From: a candidate division FCPU426 bacterium
GTDB lineage: Bacteria; Oederibacteriota; JAAXVQ01; JAUVAV01
DNA: 64,000 nucleotides
Direction of reading: 5' to 3'
Assembly (NCBI GenBank): GCA_040756875.1
Contig: JBFLYH010000002.1
Location: forward strand, 1-64,000
Numbering within the stretch: position 1 is the stretch's first letter; each line of letters opens with the position of its first letter. Position numbers and translations under genes: made by a program. The notes beneath the pieces were generated by a model, which was not told where the DNA came from, searched no databases, and worked only from the letters and a program-made list of their open reading frames with translations. This document shows, piece after piece, positions 58,401-64,000 of this stretch.

Positions 58401-60274
58401 ATAAACCCCTGCAGCAACGGCACCGGCAGCGCGACGCGGCCGAACAGGCCGGGCTGGGTTTCCTGCAGCCGGGCTTCGACCGTGCGTCGTTGGTCCAGCG
58501 GATGGAAACTGACCTCGAAGTCATCCAAGACCAGGGGTTCGGCCAGAGCTTGGGGCAGCTTGACCGCTCGGCGCAGAGGTTGCAGCACCGCGATAAATTG
58601 ACGGCCGGCCAAGGGCAGCACCAACGTTTGGCCGATGGTGCGGGCTTGCTTCATATCGAATCGGATTAGCCCGCTGTCTGCGGCGTACCGGCGCAATTCG
58701 GCGTCCAGAGCAGCCGCCATTTTCCGGACCGAGCCGGTCTTGGCCCACAAACGCTGTACCGAGCCTAATTTAAGGACCATTTCCAGCATCTGGTAGGCTT
58801 GGCGCGTTTCCTCCGGCAGGTCGTTTTCCTGCAGAATGGCTTCCGGCTCGGCATGCTGCGCAAAAAAAGGCGGCAGGGCCAACTGCATTTGGTTGCGGGC
58901 CACCAACCGCTCCCAGGGCGTCTGGCGACGGCGCAGCAGGCTGAGGTAGGGGTTGTACACCACCGCTTCGCTCATGCGCGGCCGCACGGAGATATAACCA
59001 GCGCCCGCGTCTTCCAGCGCTTCACAAATCAGCGCGGTATGATAGCCGCCGCTGATGATCACCGCCAACGGGGACCGGTGGCGTTCGAGCGCTTCCAAGG
59101 CGCGGCGCACAAAGGTGCGGCTCCGCTGATCGGCCTTCCGGTAGAATTCCAGGGCTTCCAGACGCTTTGCATCCAGCGCCGGCAGGTCGCCGGTGGGTTC
59201 CAATTGCAAGCCCGAGGCCAGGGGTTGCAAAAAATCCAAAAACCGTCCGATTGCCAACTGCTCCGGATGGGCGCGCACTTCGTTTAATTCTTCGGGCGTC
59301 AAAGCGATGTTCAGCAACCCTTCGAGCAAATCGAGGCGGTGGAGCATGCCGTCAAGTTCGGCTTGCAAAGGCTGGGTATAGAGCTCGCGGCGTAAAACCA
59401 GGTCTATGACCTGCATTTCCCGGTACAGGTTTTCGGCTTCCACCTCCGGAGGAAATTCGGCTTGTGAAGATCGTGTGTAGCAAAGCAGGTTGGGATACCC
59501 GGCCAAATCCAGCGACCCTTGTGCAAACCCCAGCAGCTGGCGGCAATACTGTTTGAGCGAAATCTGCCCGTTTTGCGTCGCGGTTTTCAAATCGTCCAGT
59601 TTCAGCAGCGGCAGCGAGTACAAGCGCGGCTTGAGGCTTTCCAGGGCTTGACGCAGATCGCACAAGAGCCCCTCGCTTTCGTCGGTTAAAAAACGGAGCG
59701 CCAGCTCGTGCGATGCGCGGTATTCGCCGTCTTCTTCCATGCCCTCCAGAATCACTTGCCCGGGATGCTGGGCCGCGAAATATTCCGCGCCGGACAGGCG
59801 TCCGCTTCTCAGCAGCAGCTCGGCGGCCAGCTGCCTGACATGCGGATCCGGAAAACTGGAGAGCTTGGTCACATTGACCGGCAAATGAGCGCCTTCGATC
59901 AGCACCAGGCTTACGGCCCGAGTGCGCGCCAAGTGCGACAGCAGCTCGGCGATGTTTTTCTGGATGGGATAGTGACAGTGAAGGTCCTGAATATGAATGA
60001 TACGCACGGGCAGACGGCGGTCGGAAACGTGGGTGGCCTGGGCCAGCTCCCGTGGAATGTCAAACCCACCGGGCTTGAAGGCGGCAGCGGCTGAAGCCGG
60101 GGCGTAGGTATCAGGCGCAAACGCCCACCCAAACAACGGATTGATCAGCGCCAGGTTCAGTATAAAGACTAAAACCCGGATCGCGCCCGCATGCCTGGGC
60201 TCGCGCCAGACGCGCAGCCACTGTAATCGCGTTGACAAGGATTTGTCGCATCCCGGCCGCTGAAAGATATTCAT
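52439..60274 (-). CDS. 2611-aa modular membrane protein: exported N-terminal IQDLH/EGA/GGYHT domain, LysM, multi-TM block, tandem repeats, family C-terminal domain ending GQAA
   Basis: Long ORF with an AAGGGG RBS. LysM-like YYVGKGDTLWALAK...AAANQLADPNKI and many TM segments. N-terminal similarity to 1..241 and C-terminal similarity to 60453..64000 are visible by eye. Confidence 0.85.
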   Translation of the reverse strand: MNIFQRPGCDKSLSTRLQWLRVWREPRHAGAIRVLVFILNLALINPLFGWAFAPDTYAPASAAAAFKPGGFDIPRELAQATHVSDRRLPVRIIHIQDLHCHYPIQKNIAELLSHLARTRAVSLVLIEGAHLPVNVTKLSSFPDPHVRQLAAELLLRSGRLSGAEYFAAQHPGQVILEGMEEDGEYRASHELALRFLTDESEGLLCDLRQALESLKPRLYSLPLLKLDDLKTATQNGQISLKQYCRQLLGFAQGSLDLAGYPNLLCYTRSSQAEFPPEVEAENLYREMQVIDLVLRRELYTQPLQAELDGMLHRLDLLEGLLNIALTPEELNEVRAHPEQLAIGRFLDFLQPLASGLQLEPTGDLPALDAKRLEALEFYRKADQRSRTFVRRALEALERHRSPLAVIISGGYHTALICEALEDAGAGYISVRPRMSEAVVYNPYLSLLRRRQTPWERLVARNQMQLALPPFFAQHAEPEAILQENDLPEETRQAYQMLEMVLKLGSVQRLWAKTGSVRKMAAALDAELRRYAADSGLIRFDMKQARTIGQTLVLPLAGRQFIAVLQPLRRAVKLPQALAEPLVLDDFEVSFHPLDQRRTVEARLQETQPGLFGRVALPVPLLQGFIPVGMGAVPSFALLAGMIPFVNFNRLPLLPLWQGAAKRADLVRSKARDISLHAYFISLGALDGLASRLRRGPAPAAEAAANHPAWRRWLRRGVRIVLRVLPVLLAGSLGSLALQGIAHAAEGLYYVGKGDTLWALAKHLYPNLPAPEGVAKLAAANQLADPNKIRYHSFNPAGEPSAYGTTLKVDFDPQQTGTTPIHGQLVEIAPEPIAQTAAEPVAPQTPDPSILAPTVDPGAAAAAQPGAMTEGWQTWFSDPALQPAAGIGIWVLLAAVAAWLAWSWWRQRGTETGKRFRLAERMGQAWTRWQAQVHDRQIRLYLWGSTVAGKAAAAASGNWSTLTSRVSPLRGAVFLVAAGAVIAVGVLQPALPLSLGISPLVSWGTSAGLAGLLLIASYLNGRPAPIRAGPAPEEPSLKFLRDQIAKRRQSRFTLWPIYGELLGDIKLAVGLVPILLHLSPAPPTWAWTLGALAGVLLALGLFTFVSNYATALLRQRRLLSWYEVVGGLREEWKAQKSALVKNLKEYRLTKQQTPLAAMLAVALMILARLLDYSTVLGYTVNFNAVMLFALAGGFLVIIGLRLLKLKNKTEWLDGVVSKALRIVCAVVLIEVCKFPTSFFFVLFFGSSVLASNSTTISLRMLKKVVGVLSFAQFFLHLLEWLHRIKRKELQLNKRPARTQGPKPFRQRVRDSFGRGQPLRQILFVFMLSSMLLLSFYLSLPLPVMLAGQTVLLAFMLGQWLQMAKNPKISQQVKVIILASLLPAALVVFSMSLAFALSSVHAIWPGLLPAFVSTRVIELQAALSFLRSHLQELVIFVSFMYSLLGFSSVLKDQDKVSQVSEAAPDRLHVLQETLNRYIKNLDHYLKPDEVVDWERLRKVCQASRVILVPKKSQPTWMSSLLEGGVFSLDQEIYFRRRMFNLLSNRTVAAMIFREALIQAGLPLERVQHLVAEVTAADPQTLALIGKRILEAGNRREADVALEFELHSAAQDPGKRAEYLRQVLERRYGVRFPIRPGTYVREFNGRWDQVNEKVVVLLKYGLIPHPFLFRTSRAKLETAAKYIYQRVKMGELETVKLYREALNLTRQVPAETGLMPATEEEEVEDIIESYHAGQAGPRIVQPRTRWQRVWFPVRPLFFRPPATPLEAWQPRQPWAGMAWLWEVTFMLLTLPWQGRSGVEKTRLQTDNSPRAKVRILRRYGLEAHPLIMRHPAERIEQAAVYIQLRREGGAPLSLRLYREALLATRPAGWPLAAGLAEQQAPVESAAQRPPANTREAQAEAQALQAWQAHAAQDDPGANQPVAPSRSRLARAWRWFMLATLFDRLPEAQAPARLKQPWQLAGFFFQLPLRLWRGAVWLWIASRPVPRFDGEELPERRPEVADLLRQYQLPDPMALRLFARHTGLRLQSIQVRALESEGRRLPAFFGRYREQGENGRPTLYVPAALLRSLLNGMPADDDSLNRRWRRLAFMAKRFLLGLILEYHAHDYYQQDREWPRLEPGDWTWAQAGVPRTRLLVDLHAGEPASLAWRAAGKRVCLSVFDLLRLVDQLESESRVLLAGPTSAGQGSDAWVEALARQVEAGAEPNFTTLAGVLGNADEPWDVRTALVATAIREADQLPQTEQGWVRRDLMAALIQAQAPAVRAQVTRTEEEFVREVYVYAMPETIRRLRMQSQARLQALSALRATRPVRALCKRWQEIERALAGAETAAPGSLARLDAALGQSLWLQSGFLMQDEAVHTLPLASDLGRICLGVATGRLEWHEKSGVLLPVRQVLEVSSARQVAAEDLAIGRVPEETQSRPYQGGKPERVGAPAGGRWLFSAAVFRLSRRWPKSWQWALDQMWLARSPEAYLAAVLRGDHSPLAALLQKPDSPLGQAYLRFTLQQNEIQLQTLVRSLVRVVTNLKQPREQEEALRTFSRLVEQMPLLRGTPIGKWEPEIAESTGLALLVPELLLKPGQSGLLGALLDRVRALPIQLDLNPLEPLRRRYFRLAGQAA

Positions 60275-60452
60275 GAACGCTCATTCCCCTTATGGCTTGA
60301 CTGCCGGGCCAAGCATAGCCAAAAAGGGTTAATGGCGCGTGCGGTTTCTATTGATTCTCGATTAGAAGTGGGTTAAAGGAAAGCGGCCACAAACCAACCG
60401 GGAGGCAACACTGCCGCAGCCGGCGCTTGGGTGCAAAAAATCACTCAGGCAG

Positions 60453-63400
60453 CTAGGCCGCGCTGCCGGGCGTGCGGCGCAGGCGGCGCAGCTCGGGACG
60501 GAATTTCCGTTCGTCCAGGGTGACCGGCGCCAGCCGCAGTCTTTCCTGCAAAGCCAGCCACAGGGACCGGTACCCGGGCGCCAGGAACAGTCCGGGCACG
60601 AGCACAGGCCGTCCATCCTGCCGGAGGCCGATGCGCTCGCCCGCCAGCTCGGGCATGCGGGCCAGGCGCTCCAGCGTGTTCAGTCCGGCGTCCAGCGCTT
60701 CCGCCGGCTGCGCTTGCAGCAGTTCCACGAGCGTTTCCAACAGGCGGTATTGGGTTTCCGGCGTCGGCGCCAGCGCAAAGAACCGATAGGCCCGGCCGGC
60801 GTCCGCCTCCCGGTCCCGCAGGGCCTGCGCCAGGGGCGAAGTGTCCTCGGCCAGCAGTTCGTTCAAATACGCTTCGGGCTGCGATCGGCGCAGGCTCCGG
60901 TGAATGCGAAGGTTCAGACCCGCAGGCAGACGAACGGCCAGTTTCAGGAGGTTGCGCAGCACCGGCAGATCGGCGGCTGCCGCGTCGCCGCGCCCAAAAC
61001 CACGGAGCAGCGCCGCCAGCAACAAGTCCATTCTGCCCCGTTCCTGCTGGTCCGCGCCGGCCTGGCTGACCACCACGTCCAGCCAGTATTGATAAGCGCG
61101 GTAGCGTCCGAGTTGCCAGGCATCCCGCATGGTGTTCACTTCCTCCGGCGGCCCCTGCATGAGGTTGCGCAGCAGGAATTCCGGAGCCGCGACCACGGAC
61201 CGGTTCCCCCGCTCGACCAGGCCGCCCAGCCAGCGCCGGCTTACAGGCAAACTGCGGCGGTTCGCGGCGTCCAGCGCGCGCACGGGCAAAGGCTGCAGCC
61301 GCAGACGCTGCGCTCCGGCCAGGCGCAGGGTCGTGTCGTCAGGCAGTCCGTGGCGCCGCAGCAGGGCCTGCACGGCGGGGTGCGCGGCATCCACTTCCAA
61401 ACCGGATTCTGCCCGCGTCCCGGCGATCAGCCAGGCCAAGCCCCGGGCCAGACCCATCCCTGCGGCCAGCAGGCTGACCGCGGCAGCCACGGGCGTCAAG
61501 CGCGCCGGGAACATCAGGCGGCGGAAGAACGAGACCAGCAGGCGGCTCCCGGCCGAAAGGCGCGGGGTCAGCGGCTGGTTGGGCGCTTCCACCCAGGCGC
61601 GTTCAGCCTGCACGGAGGCAATGGCCTCGGGAACCGGACCGGGCAATTCCCTGCCCAGCCCCAGCGGGAAGGCGTTCGGCGACACGTCGTCCTCCTGGCC
61701 TGCGGCGCGCCTGGCGGCGGAGACGGGCTGGATTGTCCCCGTGCGGCCGAACCAGCGCGATCCGTACTCAGCCAGGGACGCCCGCCAGTGGCTGCCGGTG
61801 TAACCTTCCCATATTTCGTGCCGCAGCAGCAGCGCGAGCTCAGGCAGGCTGAGGGCATTGGCTTGGGGATGCACGCGGACCACCAGGTCCCCGCCCACGC
61901 GCTGGACCTGGCCGAGAAGCAGGCGCTGCCAAAAGCGGGGCCTGGCGTCCGGCAAGACTTCGAACCGGATGCGTTCGGGCGCAAAACCCGCGGGCAGACC
62001 GCCCTGGCGCTCCAGATAGGCCAGCAGCGATTCCCGCCGGGCCGCGAGCGCTTCGTTGGTCAGCGGAGGCAGCTTTGAACCAAGCACGCGCCGCCGCATC
62101 AGAAGCCGCGGCAATTGTACGCCGACCAATGCCAGTCCGGAGACCGCGCCGGCCAGGCTCAGCGTGGTCAGGGCCGGGTCTTGCAGCAACGCGAAACCGA
62201 AGAACAGGCCGGCCAGGGCGGCGCCCAGGGCCTGGAGCAGGACCGCGCCGGGCGACACGGCCAGCGCGCCGGGGCGTTCGGGCTGCAGGATTTCCCGGGT
62301 GGAGAACATGTCAAACAAAGCCTGGTTGCCGAGCGGGGCGCTGACCCGGCTGGCAATGCGCAGGGTGTTTACCCAGCGGAAATCATACCGGGGCAGGCCG
62401 TCATTGGCCAGGGTCAGCAGTTCGTGCTCCAAGGCGGTCAACTGCGGCCGGCTGGCGCGCCGCATCTGGGCCGCGTTCACGAAATCCGCCACGGAAATGG
62501 CCCGGCTCACGCCGGACAGGGCGGTGCGGCGCAACCCGCGGGGATACCCGCGGCCATTGAGCCATTCGTGGTGATTGGTGCTTTGCAGGATCTCCGGCTT
62601 GTAGCCGAACGCCGAGAGCAGCATTTCGCCCAGACGCGCATGGCTGCGGAGCAGCGACTTTTCTTCCGGACTCAGGGGATCCAGGCGCAGGAGCAAGGCC
62701 GGCGGCAGGAGCAGCTTGCCCGCGTCGTGCAGCCAGCCGCCGCGGCGGAACAACTCGACCGCCGCCGGGCCGTACGCCGGGGCCCGGTTGACCAGCCCGT
62801 ACACCGCCGCCATTTCCGCGGCCAGGTTCCCCACTTCCCACGAATGGCTGAAGGTGAAACCCTGATCATGCCGGTACAGCAGCGTGAGCAGCACCCAGTC
62901 CCAGAACGCAGGCCGCAGCCCCGCGGGCATGGCTTTCAAATCCTCGCTGTCCACTTTCCGGACCAGTTCCCGCATTTCAACGACCATCCGCCGCACCCGA
63001 TTCTGCAAGCGGCCGGACCAGTTGGCTTCCATTTCCTGCGGCGCGCGGATATCGTCGAGCGAGGCCTGGTGCTTCACCAAAATCTTTTCCACGTCCGCGA
63101 TGATCTCCATGCGCCTGGGCAGGGAGACCAGGCGGCTGGCGGACACCAGTTGCTGGTAGGAGGTGCTGTCTTCGCCGGCGCGCGCGGCCAAGGGGCGCCA
63201 GGTGCGGATCCAGGCGGCCAGGGCCAGACGGATGCCCTGGAACGGACGGGCCAGGCGGTTGCGCACCTCGGAGGCCATCCAGGCTTCAATGACCGCTTCG
63301 GGATTCGAGTCCGCGTTGGGATCCACGAAGTACCGGTAGCCGTGGGGCTGGTCCTTGGCGTCGCCCAGGAACAAGCCGTCCTCGGGAACCAGCTGGTTTT

Positions 63401-64000
63401 TATTGTCCGCGATCAGGGGCTGCAGGTCGTCCTCGATGACCTCGCCGGTAAACACGCCGCGGGTGTTGAAAACCAGGCGGTTGCCCCTGACCTCGGATAC
63501 CACGACGCCGCGCGTCTCCAGGGTCCGGTTGATTTCTCCCCGGTTGAAGAACATCTGCAGCGATTGCTCGCTGCTACGGCTGCGCACGGCCACCTGGATG
63601 TCCTTGGCGCCGGTCGCGACCCGCAGCCGGTCCGTCAACTCCAGGAAACGCCCGTTAAGCTGCCAGGATGCGGCCTGGCGCCGCAGATGTCCGAGCGTCA
63701 GGCGGTCTTTGAGCACCGCCAGATAATTGCGGTACGCAGGGGCGGAAACCTCGGCGTCGAACCGCTGCCGGGCCTGGTTGTACGCCGTGGTGAACGTTTC
63801 GCGTTCCTCCGGATTGCGGATGGACACGGCGGCAATGTCGCGCAGGCTGAAGCCTTGCTCGGACCGGGGCAAGGTGATGGTTTCGTTGAAATCCGCGTAA
63901 ATCGTGATCGGCTGGCCGGCGTGGAGCAGCCGGAAAGCCAGCTTGAGCGCCCCGCGCCGCACCCGCCTTCCCCACTCACGCCAGTCCAGGGCCCGGTTGC
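60453..64000 (-). CDS. 3' part of another large modular protein (5'-truncated by the window): HAD-like, HD-GYP, TMs, HExxE motif, family C-terminal domain ending GSAA
   Basis: The frame stays open past the GTG at 63962 to the edge (NRALDWREWGRR). Motifs: YADFNETIT...FLGD; HSWEV, LHDAGK, HHEWLNGRGYP, VADF; RHEIWE...H. Confidence 0.85.
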   Translation of the reverse strand, partial: NRALDWREWGRRVRRGALKLAFRLLHAGQPITIYADFNETITLPRSEQGFSLRDIAAVSIRNPEERETFTTAYNQARQRFDAEVSAPAYRNYLAVLKDRLTLGHLRRQAASWQLNGRFLELTDRLRVATGAKDIQVAVRSRSSEQSLQMFFNRGEINRTLETRGVVVSEVRGNRLVFNTRGVFTGEVIEDDLQPLIADNKNQLVPEDGLFLGDAKDQPHGYRYFVDPNADSNPEAVIEAWMASEVRNRLARPFQGIRLALAAWIRTWRPLAARAGEDSTSYQQLVSASRLVSLPRRMEIIADVEKILVKHQASLDDIRAPQEMEANWSGRLQNRVRRMVVEMRELVRKVDSEDLKAMPAGLRPAFWDWVLLTLLYRHDQGFTFSHSWEVGNLAAEMAAVYGLVNRAPAYGPAAVELFRRGGWLHDAGKLLLPPALLLRLDPLSPEEKSLLRSHARLGEMLLSAFGYKPEILQSTNHHEWLNGRGYPRGLRRTALSGVSRAISVADFVNAAQMRRASRPQLTALEHELLTLANDGLPRYDFRWVNTLRIASRVSAPLGNQALFDMFSTREILQPERPGALAVSPGAVLLQALGAALAGLFFGFALLQDPALTTLSLAGAVSGLALVGVQLPRLLMRRRVLGSKLPPLTNEALAARRESLLAYLERQGGLPAGFAPERIRFEVLPDARPRFWQRLLLGQVQRVGGDLVVRVHPQANALSLPELALLLRHEIWEGYTGSHWRASLAEYGSRWFGRTGTIQPVSAARRAAGQEDDVSPNAFPLGLGRELPGPVPEAIASVQAERAWVEAPNQPLTPRLSAGSRLLVSFFRRLMFPARLTPVAAAVSLLAAGMGLARGLAWLIAGTRAESGLEVDAAHPAVQALLRRHGLPDDTTLRLAGAQRLRLQPLPVRALDAANRRSLPVSRRWLGGLVERGNRSVVAAPEFLLRNLMQGPPEEVNTMRDAWQLGRYRAYQYWLDVVVSQAGADQQERGRMDLLLAALLRGFGRGDAAAADLPVLRNLLKLAVRLPAGLNLRIHRSLRRSQPEAYLNELLAEDTSPLAQALRDREADAGRAYRFFALAPTPETQYRLLETLVELLQAQPAEALDAGLNTLERLARMPELAGERIGLRQDGRPVLVPGLFLAPGYRSLWLALQERLRLAPVTLDERKFRPELRRLRRTPGSAA

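Overview
A high-GC bacterial chromosomal segment, probably from a diderm because a TolC-family gene is present; nearly all genes are on the minus strand. From left to right it holds: the 5' end of a large exported protein gene behind a very AT-rich leader; a sugar-catabolic cluster (GH42, a beta-phosphoglucomutase/GH65 phosphorylase fusion, an aldose-epimerase-like gene); a GT-C-like TPR membrane protein; lepB; a GT2-like gene; a HExxH lipoprotein; a TolC-RND-TetR operon with no periplasmic adaptor; a small AT-rich islet beside tRNA-Glu (RxxxxH/HEPN-like ORF, REP-like palindromes, four-helix-bundle gene); glgA; a YVTN lipoprotein; an amidase; a dcw cluster (mraZ-STAS-rsmH-ftsL-ftsI-murE-murF-mraY-murD-ftsW-murG-murC-ddl-ftsQ-ftsA-ftsZ, no murB) with hairpin elements in three spacers; rplM-rpsI; a radical SAM gene; a ppx-tmk-tmk-hyp-CHAD polyphosphate module; a PHP-GT4 fusion; and two tandem very large modular membrane proteins. 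The best candidate for an undescribed system is this large-protein family. Three members touch the window. The complete 2611-aa member shares its N-terminal leader with the left-edge fragment and its C-terminal domain (ending G-x-A-A) with the right-edge gene. Variable cargo (LysM, HD-GYP, HAD-like, HExxE) lies in between. All calls come from reading motifs by eye; no database searches were run.
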